Shown: in pieces, positions 51,830-64,000 of the stretch
Layout of the letters: each line of letters begins with the position of its first letter
Numbering within the stretch: the first letter of the stretch is position 1
Assembly: GCA_040954595.2 (NCBI GenBank)
Contig: CM082584.2
Location: 8,323,146-8,387,145, forward strand
DNA from: Balanoglossus misakiensis
Taxonomy: Eukaryota; Animalia; Hemichordata
Length of the DNA: 64,000 nucleotides
Direction of reading: 5' to 3'
Made by a program: the position numbers and the translations under genes
Notes under the pieces: generated by a model
What the model saw: only the letters and a program-made list of their open reading frames with translations
The model's database searches: none
Told to the model about the DNA's origin: nothing

Positions 51830-54800
51830 ATGGTCGGGGAAATTTGCTCATCGGCCTCTATATTTCTTGGACTGCTGGTTATTATTTCAACTGGTATGAC
51901 GTGTGATGGCAGGCGTAGCCAGAAAGGTAAGAATATTCTGTCACTCACACACCGAAATTGGCAATGATGAATACTTTGGCATCAGTGGACTGCGTCTTGA
52001 TGGTGACGTTCATCTGTCGGTTTTGGTGAGAGAAACTATTAATGGACTCACCTAAGCTTTGTTTCTTAAATGAAATGATACTTTCCATTTGATTGTTCGA
52101 CCTTTTCAGTGCTAAATTTGAAGCCTGGTAAACTCACTTCTATATTTATATTCAGTGTCTAATGCATGGAACCTTAATCACTGTGACCCGCTTGGTGTAG
52201 TACAGTATTCCTGCAACTGTAACTAATTGAGATTGTTGTTGTTTTTTTATTTACTTTTATGCGTGATACAGGTTGCGAGCCCGGATGGGACAGTTTTCAG
52301 GATAAATGTTACTACGCGTACAAGTTTCCGCTGTATACCTACGATGAAGCGAGCGCGCTGTGCATTGCAATGGGAGGTGCACTGGCGAAGATAAACAACG
52401 TCGAAGAAAACTTATATTTGAAAGGTTTGTGAACTGCCAGAGGAATAACATTGATTTGGATGTTTATTTTCGTACAAAAGCAAATGATTGAGCATGAACA
52501 TTGTTAAAAAGATGTGTTAATCAGAATATTTTCTCCGCCAAAAGAGATTCGCCATCAAATGTTAACGGTTCTTCTCCAGTCAAGTTCTATGGGTAGTCCA
52601 CCTATTTGACAACGACATTTATTTAAGAACAAATTAAGTTTTCGAAATCCAATCTCTTTTATCGTCACAGGGTATACAGAAGGCACAGCTAATCTGTGGC
52701 TGGGTGCAAACGATCTTGAGAATGAGGGAACGTGGACATGGGAAGACGGTACACCGGTGAGTACTTGCGTGATTATTGCTTGGCTGTACGAGATCCACGA
52801 TAACGTAAACGTGAAATAAACGTGACTAGTTTGTAAGGAGCATCTAACCAACCGTCAAAGACAGAGAGTACAACCTACCAACCATGCAACCAACCAACCA
52901 AAGAACACTGAGTCTCGTGTACGCATGCAAGTAATGCTGTATGCGGGTTCCAATGCATAAAGTCGTACAATGTATAGAGTAACTTAAGCCATAATATCGC
53001 TCTCAATTCTTTGGCAGATGGCGTACACTAATTGGGAAACCGGCCAACCAAACAACCACGACGAAGTCCAACATTGCTTGCAATTCTGGGCTGAATGGCA
53101 CGGGAAATGGAACGATGGCACATGTGACGAGCTCGATGGATTCATCTGCGAAAAAGAAAAACGTAAGTACTTTCTCACATTTCTCGCATTTTTTCCCCGA
53201 ATGTAAGTTTGTTTGGTTTATTTTACTATTTTGTTTCTCACACTACTAGTACTTATTATTTTTACGTCAAGTCACGGTAAGCTTATACACCATTTTCATT
53301 CAGTTGGGATAAAATGGCCTTTTTTCTTGTACACCCAATCAGAGAGTCATTGGCACCTATTGAGGTTTTAAGCTTGAAATTAGTTGTTATACCAAATCAT
53401 TTCGACGCACGGAGACTTATGTGTGATGCCGTGACCAGAATTACGGGATTTTTTTTCCAAATAATATAAGACCAACTTTAACACAGAGAAAAATGAAACC
53501 GAGCAAAATCCGTCTCCGACACAACGACAATGTTCTAAAAACGCACTCTACGTTCACTGAAAAAAAATATTATGTACATCCAACCAAAATTTGGCCCTCC
53601 ACCGGCTACAGCCTCATTTCAGCTTCATTTTCAAATGTCTGTATGTCTGCAAGCAGGTTATCCAGTATGCACAGTCACCGCTGTTGGGTTAGAGAGTGGC
53701 GACATACCGGACTCACAGATGACAGCCAGCACTTCATATGATCAAAATCACCTGCCCCAACAAGGCAGATTGAACTACGCTGGACCCAGAGCGCATGCTT
53801 GGTGTGCCGGGCTGAATGCCCCCGGACAGTGGCTGCAGGTTGATCTTGGTTACGAGAGACTAGTAACGAAAGTGGCGACCCAGGTGAGTCATTGACATGA
53901 ATTGAACAGTGATGGACATGGGATCTATCTACTGTCTGTCTGTCTGTCGACGTCTACCAATCTTTTGTGCGGGGGGGGGGGGGGGCACTATAAAAAAGTG
54001 GCAACAGGTAATGCGTGCGCCCTCATTGTTTGTAAAAAGGGCATTTTGTTCTGTATATGCCAACTCGTAAACTATTTTATAGCTGCGTACTGTTTCTTTG
54101 GAGGCTGATTAAATCGGCGCGGCACCGTTTTAATACATAGCGTGTTCAAATTGCAACATGCAGTCACAATCGGGCATCGATAAGGTGTTTATGTATACCT
54201 ATCAGTATGCTTATAGAGATGGACCAATCTAAGTTGGAAAATAAAATCATGAAAATAATGCAAAAAGTGGCAGCTACAGAGACTTTAAAGCCTTATTTTG
54301 TATTATGGTCTGATAGGGACGTGGTGACTGCTGTGACCAACGGGTGGAGTCATATCATCTAAAATACTACGACGACGGTGAATGGAAATATGTTACTGAC
54401 GAAAATCACGCACCTAAGGTAAGTGTTCGCGTCGTCCGCTCCATTTAAAGTGATGTTACTTCGGAAAACGTGTCTTCAACTTTCGTGTCGTGATTTCACA
54501 CATCATCGTTTCACACATCGTTTCACACATCACGTTATATCTGACTGACAATGTATAAACTGTACAAGATGAAAGTAAAATCTACTCATCCATACAGTGT
54601 TTGTGCAGGCTTTGTTTTTTTCTGTGTTTTGTTTTCTCTTCCTGGTGAAGCTATGATGGACAGATGAACATACACTTGTATAAATATTTGCGTTGGCTTG
54701 TAACACCTGGCACCGTGACAACAGCATTACTAGAAATGACGAACGGACAAAGTTGACCAATGCAGAGTTCTTTTTCACATTCCAGACATTCCCAGGGAAT

Positions 54801-54929
54801 ACTGATGCGAACTCGATCGTCTACCACGACTTGGTCGAAAACTCGTTCACCACCCAGTACGTCCGATTTTATCCCCTGACATGGAACAACCACATTTCAA
54901 TGAGAGCGGAGATCTACGCATGCGAATAG
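51830..54929 (+). CDS. Secreted C-type lectin + F5/8 type C (discoidin) domain protein, paralog C, 7 exons, ~317 aa
   Basis: Exons 51830-51926 (signal peptide), 52272-52424, 52671-52756, 53018-53162, 53657-53883, 54317-54418, 54786-54929 total 954 nt in frame. CTLD: CEPGW..KCYY, LWLGAND, QPN, WND. FA58C: GLESGDIPDSQMTAS, QWLQVDLG, TQGR, YVRFYP..MRAEIYAC. Confidence 0.9.
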
Positions 54930-55087
54930 AAATACGGGATGTTGGACTTTACTATAGTTTAAAGGCGCACCGTCCCTATAAATAGGGATAGCCAAATGGC
55001 GGCGTTCATTGTGTAATTGACTCTGAAGGAGGCAACACGCGGACACACGCTCCCGAGAATTTTCCGAAGTTTTCGACAAGAAATGGC

Positions 55088-55382
55088 GTCTTTTAAAAGT
55101 GTGTTCTGAATAATATCTGAAGGTTATCTATATGATTTTCTGTTATGTAGTCAGCATCCCAAGCCATAATTGCCTACTTATTTACTCAGACCATTTATTA
55201 AGTGGAATGTATTAATGACACTTTATAGATTTTGTCTTTTAAAAGTGTGTTTTGAATAATATCTGAAGGTTATCTATATGATTTTCTGTTATGTAGTCAG
55301 CATCCCAAGCCATAATTACGTACTTATTTACTCAGACCATTTATTGCGTGGAATGTATTAATGACACTTTAAAGATTTTGTC
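55088..55382. repeat. 146-bp tandem duplication in the 3' UTR region of lectin gene C
   Basis: Two near-identical copies start at 55088 and 55234; AATAAA follows at 55383. Confidence 0.92.
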
Positions 55383-56394
55383 AATAAACTTCAAACTTGT
55401 TTACTGAGCTTTTGTAGTTGGTGATATATTTCTAAAGATACCAGACAATGCTGGATGAAACATGCATCTGGCAAATACACGTACACAATTGTCGGCCCAC
55501 GTTTTTACTCAATGCATCGTAGAAGATTTTCCCCTCTGCCAACAAATCTGTTCTCCCTAAATCCCCCATCTGCCCCCACATAAATCAAATGGTTCTCCCC
55601 TTGTACACTTGGGCGATAGTGTAATTAGATATCATGGTACATTTGTATTTGGGATCTGATATGTAACTAAGTAAACAAACCTCCAATTATTACACCACAT
55701 GTTTACAAGACGGACAACTGATGATATAAAGCCATCACAACTCCCTTTGCAAATGCTTCGAGTTATCGGCTCCGCAATTCCCAACAGGCCCCCTGTTGAT
55801 TCCCAGGCCTGTTCGTTTGCACGTGGACGTGACGTCATCGCGGACCCTGGCGATAGAGTGGGTTGATGACCAGGTTCGGGTTTCATTAAATCACGCGAGC
55901 TTCTGGAACCAAGACCAGTCGGAACGCCCTGTTGCCGTCACATGCTTGCAGTGGTCTGCGCTAACAGTTGAGAGACCAAATATATCAAGAGGATTTTCCT
56001 GGATCTCGCATAAGGTAATAATGTTGCTTGCCTCGTCTTTTTTATCTCCGCAAACGGCACAATATAAGAGGTTAGACTGCTGAGCTACTACCAGTATTTT
56101 CAAAGTGTAGGACACGAAACGTCATTGTTCGTCACTTCATCAGCTAAATGCAGAATTCTTTGTAGGCACTGCAAACCACAAAGCAAACGAGGTGTCGTGT
56201 TCAGAAATACTTTGACCGCGATATATTAAGTCGGCTTGATATAATGTGGCATAACCCCATACCGAAGCCATCGCAACGTTGATTATACATACTGGGAAGG
56301 TTTCACAGAAAACTACTCCGGTCCTATGTGAACTTCACAGCGTCGTTATCAAATTGGCTTTGTTAATTAAATCCTCTCAGATACTCGCTGCAAT

Positions 56395-59300
56395 ATGAAG
56401 TTCAGCGCGGGTTTCCACCTCGGCCTGATGGGTATCATGCTGATTTGCATATGCTGTAATGGCGAGCAGAAAAATGCTGGTAAGTCTTGAGAAAAAAATC
56501 CATGATTTTCAACTTGAAGCTCTTCTTTCGAGAAATATTGCCCGTTTTTAAACGGGCTCAACTAAATAAATGAACGAGTGTTAGTGGCTCTAAGCTCAAG
56601 CTGTTTTTTTTTATTCATTGCGTTTCACAGTTTGCGAGCCCGGCTGGGTCAGTTTTAAGGAAAATTGTTACTACGCCTACAAGTTCCCAGTGTATACCTA
56701 TGATGAAGCGAGAACTGTGTGTAATGCGCTTGGAGGTAGTCTGGCTAAAGTAAACAACGTCGAAGAGGACTTGTATTTGAAAGGTGGGTAACAGTGGCTG
56801 TCAGTGTTTTGTCAGTGATAAGTAAGACTGATAAATGTGTATCCACGCATAAGTATAAATGTAAAGAAAACGCAAAGACCAAAACTTGTGTAGAGAAACG
56901 TAATCTTGTTTCGGTTAGGAAACTACCCTCCCACACGGAAAACTCTCACAATATTTAGTGCCAGTGGAACTATTCCTCTGTGTGGAGGAGCACCTACTGG
57001 GGGAGTCTGGAAGAAGGCAAAGAGTCACACGTATACAAATATTGCATGGCGTCCCTCTGTAGTAATAACTATACACACGCATGAACCCATTGCCTCCATA
57101 GGGTATACAGAAGGCGCGTTCGATATGTGGCTGGGTGCAAACGATGTCGAAAACGAAGGGGTTTGGAAGTGGGAGGATGGCAGCTCGGTAAGATTGCTCA
57201 CAGCTTTATTTCGACGAATTCGTGTAGTCCACACGACAGTTGTCGGAGTGAGACGACGATTAAACACCAGGCGGCAAAACCTGGAATCGGTGCGACGTTG
57301 ACGGACTTTTGCAAAACACATCACGTATATACCCACATGCTGACTTTACGTTTACCCGCTTAAATAAAGGTAACTTACAGTAATTGGTATAACAACCAAC
57401 CTGGCAACGCAGGCCGTGCCGAAAATTGCTTGCACTTTTGCAGAGACTGCAACCAGAAATGGAATGATGCCAGATGTGATCAAAGTATGGGCTTCATCTG
57501 TAGTAAACATAGATGTAAGTATAACGTCATCTATCTAGATTAATCGCAATTTACACTGCACGGAAATTGGTAGTTCACTACGGATATACAATTTGGAAAT
57601 AATCCTATTTTCCGCGTAATACACGTAATTTTAAACTGTAATTTGCAGTTATTAACCGGCCTATCATTTCCGTTATAACCTAAATTGTTCGCAGAGGAAA
57701 ATAGTTTAGGTATTTCCGACTATAATAGTTAATATGCATGTACATGGATTGAAGGATGTATGGATGGCTGCATGCATGCATGCGATTCTCTATTACCCTG
57801 ACCGTAAACATGGCCACCAATTGAAGATGGCCGTCAATCCGCCATCTTGTTTATACTCAGACACACTTGTGATATCTTGACGAGCCGTGGATATAGGGAA
57901 TATTTATCGACATAGGCAATATCCTTATCCGTTGAAATACCGTATCAAAGTAACAGCTCTACCCAAAATGCACTTGGTTGGATGAAAGCCATTTCATTTC
58001 GAAAATTTTCTTACGTGATGGCCTCAGACACGATATGTCTTGGCAGCCTTTTTTGGAGAATGCATACATTCATACACATACGTGTAAACTTAAGTAGTGA
58101 CATAAACACGTTCGTATTTTTATCTTCACTTTTGCCTGTCGCCAGCATGTGACGAGAGTATAAAAATACTTTGTGGATATCAGTTTTAAATCAAGACCGG
58201 TCTCATGCAGCTGTAGCAAAGATCAATGACTTCTCCTGGATCAACAAATCTAATTTCGTAGACTAATTGCAACGTGCCAGTAATGCTGCCATAATAATCC
58301 AAATCTTGGTACCCCTGATAAAATTTCTAGAGTTGTTCTATTTTTTGGGAGGGGGATATATACTCATGGAACTGTCATGGGCACATTATATTTTCATTCT
58401 TAGTCTCGTCTGATTTAACTGACAGATGATTCAGTGTGCGTCGAAGGCCCCGTTGGGGTAGAGAATGGAGAGATACCGGACTCACAGATCACAGCCAGCA
58501 GTCATTCCTACAGCACCCGACCATACAACGGGAGATTGAACTACTATGAAGCGTATTCCGCTGGATGGCGTGCCGGTACGGACAACGACCGACAGTGGTT
58601 GCAAATTGATCTGGGTAGTGAAAAGAAAGTTACAAAGGTTGCCACTCAAGTAAGTAAATGCCCTTGGTAAACAAATGCGTACCAGCTTCAAGTTACTGAG
58701 TGTGTAGTATTTAAAGTCATTAAAGTCACAAAATCACCCAATTTTGATCATTTTAAAGCCAGTTTATTGGATAAGAAACGTTGCCTACGCTGTTTATTAA
58801 TAACTTCTAACTCTGCATGTGGGAAGACTAGATTAAACATTCGACGAAAGATTTTAAGGTAGGAACCACTAACATCCAGACTCATAGAAAGTGGAGGGAA
58901 TTTCCCAAACACCCGGAACGGAGATACCCCTATTTGCATATTTAAATGAAGAATCGGTCCAAATGAAAGTGGTGAGGGAGCTGCACTCAGTGTCTGTTAC
59001 ACTGATTGTTCTTGTTTCATTTTGGGCGATTTTCTATCGACAAACTTTCATCGGAGATACTAACATAGTCATATAATGAAGGTAAGTTTGTGTCTATGAA
59101 TTTTTATTGGCTTCTGCCGCTTACTCTCAATGCTAAATCACTTTAATGGACGCGTCTGTACAACTATTCGTTGCGCATGCGCCATGCATAATTAAAGATG
59201 GCCGCTGACTTTTGTCCTATTTTCTCTTATTCCTTTATCCTCTTTTTTTGATATCCTTCTTATAATTTTTTATTGGGTCGTATTTCTTTGGTGTATCCCC

Positions 59301-61466
59301 TTTCAGAAGAAATAGTGCCTACGTTGGCATATTGGACCTACATGTGGTATATTTTAGGATAACATGCTAAACATCCTAGTCTAGTACGATCCGTGCGGTT
59401 TTTGTCTATTGTCGGGGGACTTCAAGTGTTTATGACAAGTTGACACTGATAGATTTTACTCGATCTTCGTTGCAGACCAATCTGTCACAAGTCACAACTC
59501 AAGCTGACAGTGCAGAGAAGGTTGCTGTGTCTCCAGTCATTGTGGAAATTTTCACACTTTTATATTTCAACATCCTGGTGTAATAATACCAAGCGAATAA
59601 AACAAATTTTAAGTTTATGTCTGCATTGCTCAAGTAAAGATAGTCTGGTTCGATTCATTTATAGATGTGTTCTCTGTATGAACTCAATGAGTGAGACGAA
59701 TATACGGAAGGAAATATCAGTTGACACTGAATAAAATGTGAAGCATAGACAATGTGCTCAATTTTGCATCACACATTCCAGTTCTTTTTTTTTCACGACC
59801 AGTAATGAAGTGAAGTGGTCAAGGCTTGTAGTCTCGGTTAGGCTCGGTGGTGTGACCGCGGAATCAAGCCCCGCTTTTGCATTGTTTTTCAATCGCACAA
59901 TGTCAAACTTCGCTTAGGAAAGGTCAAAACAATTAACGCAGGAATTTTTATAAAAGGTCATGTAATCTGAACCCTAGGAGATGGGAGATTACTGATCCAA
60001 GCCCGAGGCACAGTTCCAACTGTGCTTTCAACTTGCACACGCAGTTATTTAATGCGCACTATCATTCCATGGTGGAAAGAAATTTAAACCATGTCCCAGT
60101 CTGATCTGCAGCGCCCATGGGCATTTCATGCAAATCACAATGCGTCAATCAAATTCCGAGGCCCTCAAAAGAAGTTGATTGTATTCCGATGGATGGCATA
60201 CGCGCAGCTAAAAAAGTGACTCGTGTTTCATCTGCCAACTGTGCCTGTCTCCAATATCGACGGGACATTTGAAAAAAAGATTGTGGAAATATCAGGGAGT
60301 AAAGCGACCAGGGTAACATTGTCAAAGAAATGGGCGCGATCGATTCCACAAATACATCTAGAGCGAGCATTGGTGTGGACTGATCCATCTCTATCAAGGG
60401 CAGTCTGAAATAGCGAGAGACTAAATCTGTAATACTCTCTCTCTCTCTCAGGCTGCTAAGTAGTCTTGCTCCAAGACTGTGTGATACTGAAAATGAAATG
60501 CGCGTCCGCGTTACGTATTGTAGTAAATACCGGTTACTAACCTGGTAGGTACTACGGCTTGTATTCCGGGCCAAAGAGTTTTTGGGCTGGTACTGGTCGT
60601 CAGTCCGCGTGTTGCTCTGCCGCTGGTCCGGGTTGTTCTGATGCATGGTCGTCGAGAAAACGTGGGTAAAACCAGTAGCACAGGTGCAGGTCATTCCGTA
60701 GTGCAATTACGTCAGAAGCGTCCCACCTGTACAGCAGGACGCCACCAACGGCCAGAAGCCCACAAATTACTACAGTATAGAACGTCCTGGCGGCGCGTCG
60801 TACGAAAGTTCCATTCCTAGTCTAGCTGCTAAGTTTCGAGTCTTGTTACTGTGTCGTCTGATACTCCTTGTCTGAGAATGATGGCAGCGGGGAAAGATCA
60901 TTACTCGCTTATGTTGATCAATCTCTTCTTTCATTTTAGGGTCGCGGTGACTATCACCAATGGGTCAATACTTATAAGTTGGCATACAAGGAAGGCGACA
61001 CATGGAAATATGTTGAAGACAACGGATCAACCGTGGTAAGCAGCCAATCTGCGCAGTTTTCGTCACCTTCATATAATGTAGGCGTAATAATAGCACCACG
61101 CACACGACAGTTTTCCAATCTGATTTCATTCCCTCGTGCCACAAAGACATGGAATACCACAGTGACGCAGTTTCTAGCTTTAGACACGATGTTTGAATAT
61201 ACATGACTTGTAATTGTCCCAGCGGCACGTGCAGTATCCGACTGCCTTTATCATTTAGATCAATGATGGATGGGGTTCCGAGTTCGTATCATGTCTTAAG
61301 TCGGCCATTTTTGTCTTTTCAGATATTCCAAGGGAACACGGACATGAACACCGTCGTCAGCCATACCTTGGGTGACTTATCGTTTATCACCCAATATGTT
61401 CGTTTCCATCCCGTGTCATGGCGCTCCAATGTATCCATGCGGGTGGAGGTCTATGCATGTCAATGA
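56395..61466 (+). CDS. Secreted C-type lectin + F5/8 type C (discoidin) domain protein, paralog D, 7 exons, ~310 aa
   Basis: Exons 56395-56479 (signal peptide MKFSAGFHLGLMGIMLICICCNG), 56631-56783, 57102-57187, 57370-57514, 58426-58649, 60940-61035, 61323-61466 total 933 nt in frame; same intron phases as paralog C. CTLD has QPG and WND. Confidence 0.88.
60461..60824. mobile_element. 364-bp insertion with TAG...CTA termini and 9-bp TSD (Academ-like, non-autonomous)
   Basis: GCTGCTAAG at 60452-60460 and 60825-60833 flanks TAGTCTTG...CTAGTCTA; the 5' end carries the small hairpin AGTCTT-GCTCC-AAGACT. Confidence 0.6.
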
Positions 61467-64000
61467 ACTACCTTTGATTCTATTTCTACCTTCAAGTAAC
61501 GCACACACTTTATAGTCCAATGGAAGAAAATATGTGGTTCCGATAACCCGACTTGCAATACCCTGTTTCAATCCCGCCTACCCTATAACTGTTCACGGTA
61601 AAGTAAAATAAAAATTGTAATGTAATTTTGGCTTTAAAAAAGAAGCAAGATAATTGGAGGCTTGCAATGCAATGTCGCAATCTATTAACTGAAGACATGT
61701 CCTGATAAATAATTATTAAACAAATTCACCTAAGCATGTTATTAGAACCATGCTCTTTTGCTTGAGTATTCGGCGGATTAAACTTTTTGCTTACTGAATG
61801 GAATAGAAGAAGGGAGGTAGTTATGTGTATTTCATGAGTATTCGGTAATTTTTGCAGCGCAGGAAATATCGGATCATTTATTTGCATATTAATTTTAAAT
61901 TGACAATAAACGGTATGTGGTTCAATTCATGTGCTCCTGATTTCGTTTCTAAAGCTCGTGGACAGAGCGCCCTCTACTCATGCGTGTGTCTTCATGGCGC
62001 TGGGCCAACATACTTCCAACACCAAGACACAATTGGGTATTGTCATTGTTTGGTCGTCATTATACGTGATATCATCGACCCACGGGTTCCTACTGTTGAC
62101 CCGTTGGTCGGTGGATAATGAACGCCTTGAGACCATATTTTTAACATGAATGAATTAATGATAGAGTTCGACGCCGCTGTATTGGGTAAGTCCACCCGGA
62201 ACTATCAGTCGACAGTGGTGTCGAACTTAGGCGCGCAGTAATAACACAACAGCAGAACAAGGTGAAGTTTTACTACGAAAAGGTAAGTTTTCCCCAGGCA
62301 CATCCGCGTGTCTCTTTGTTTTGTAAGCCGAAGGCTGTGAGAACTAAGTAACAATAGCCGTCTCGCGTCTGTAACTATTGTTTTAAAACGTAGTACTCAT
62401 CATTATGGATAGACGTTCTCTTTGGGTCATACCACCACCCCGACCACATGATAGAAATTCCCTTATATAGGGCCAGTTTTGACACATTTTGTGTCGACAA
62501 TTCGTGAACACACCATATTGTGTAAATGCCTGAGAACGATCAGTCCCTCGATTTTTTCTTCTTCTGCGAGACGCTGTGAATGATTTTGGAAGTTTACTAA
62601 CGTGTGTGACGGTGGGCGATGAACCTATTTCTTCATCGTAATTAACGTTTGGTGATGTAGACTGCTATTCTAATCCCATTGATGCAATGGCGACTCCATA
62701 TATGCAGCAAAAACTGCGACCATCATCAACCAGACCCCAGTTCAACGTTGACAGGGCAGCAACAAAGGAGATTACATTCCGACACAGCCATAAACGCAGA
62801 CAAGTCATCGATCGATCAAGTGGGGGCAGCGTTATATCGAAAAATGCCACCGCTGTCCGCAACACTCAAACTTCGCGTCCCGTCCCTCATATCGTTGTCA
62901 TGGAGATGCGGATATAACCTATTCATCAATCCGCGATAGATGTCCCCGCCATAAATATATGTATTTTGATATCACGATGTACGCCAAAAATTCCTGATGT
63001 TATGAGACAGTCGAAAATACACGAAAATCGATAAAGGGGGTAGGTTGCGGACACTAAGCCTGCCAGACCAAAACCCCGCTGTATATCACAGGGAACAAAT
63101 ACTTCAGACCCGCTTTATCGACAGGGTAGCTGATAAAAAGGTCATTTGTCTCTGTCGTCAGACTGCCTCCTTTTGATACACTAGTCGTGGAATACATGTA
63201 TTGCTAGTTGCATTTTAAACCTACTGGTTTAGATACCCCAACACAAAACTATTTTCATCCACAAACTCGAGGTACCTGTGAGGTTTAAGCTAGTTTCCTT
63301 TCCATAGGAGACAGGCAGGTTTATAGTTGCTACAAGTAGTTGACACTCGACAGGTCATACACATTACTGGTAATTTTACTTCTTTATCGATGGATGATGA
63401 TAACATTGTTAAATATAGCGCGGTGATCACATCAACACACGCAAAAAAACGCTTGAATATAAAATATTACATCATTGGTATCTATATGGCTTGGATGCGT
63501 ATACGCGTGCGTCAAATATCATTGTGTGTGTCTCGAGCCGCTTTTCCCACAGAATGAAAATCGTGCAGGTGCGCGTAATCAACTGCGCATACTTCCAACC
63601 TGGCTGGTGGTCAAGGATACATCCGGGACATGTGAACGCCAAAGTTCCTCACCATGACAACTGTTGGATCTCACAGCGACAGTCTGTCAGTTCACTTCCG
63701 TTCTGGTGTATTTCCTTCCAGGTGTATTTATTTGTCAGTATTCCCTGCTAGTTCATCGTTTTGACTTATTTGACCATGGAAGACTGGTAAAATCACAGAG
63801 ACATATTTCTGAAAGATTCTTGTCATCAGCCTGGCAGGGGTGAAAAAACTCGCATATGTATAGCGTTGTTCATTTGCATGGAAAACATCAACACAGATAG
63901 TACGCAGAGACCCATTATCATTCGATCTCATTCGAAATCATTAGGGCACTGCTAACAAAAGACCATAGCTAGCAATAGAACCAGTAGTGACGTCAATCAC

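Noticed and set aside
60149-60706. 185-aa minus-strand ORF inside lectin D intron 5
   Set aside because: It crosses a (CT)n tract and a transposon boundary and has no recognisable domain.
61852-64000. Short ORFs at the window end, including a signal-peptide-like minus-strand stretch near 63830-63920
   Set aside because: They terminate quickly with no convincing splice partners or homology.

Overview
Intron-rich animal genomic DNA, most consistent with a marine invertebrate; the species cannot be fixed from sequence alone. The ORF track is mostly exon fragments and noise, so I assembled gene models by hand from splice signals and reading-frame phase. In order, the window holds: an 88-bp satellite and (TATG)n inside an intron of an alpha-arrestin (ARRDC-like) gene (3' part only); RPF1 (9 exons, minus strand, one U12-type intron); a tandem pair of secreted FG-GAP/VCBS beta-propeller-like genes; an 11-exon secreted Ig + two serine-protease-homolog gene with both catalytic triads broken; two intronless cytosolic sulfotransferases, both with Ser->Asn in the 3'-phosphate motif and the second lacking the catalytic His; about 12 kb with no recognisable gene; a 2-exon Patched-related (PTCHD3/PTR-like) gene; and a tandem pair of secreted C-type lectin + discoidin (FA58C) genes, each with an RGD. 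Several small non-autonomous transposons are present, including a 54-bp perfect-TIR element with a 9-bp target-site duplication. No rRNA, tRNA or CRISPR array was seen. The best leads for new biology are the pseudo-enzymes and the duplicated secreted recognition proteins; any functional link between them is inference only.
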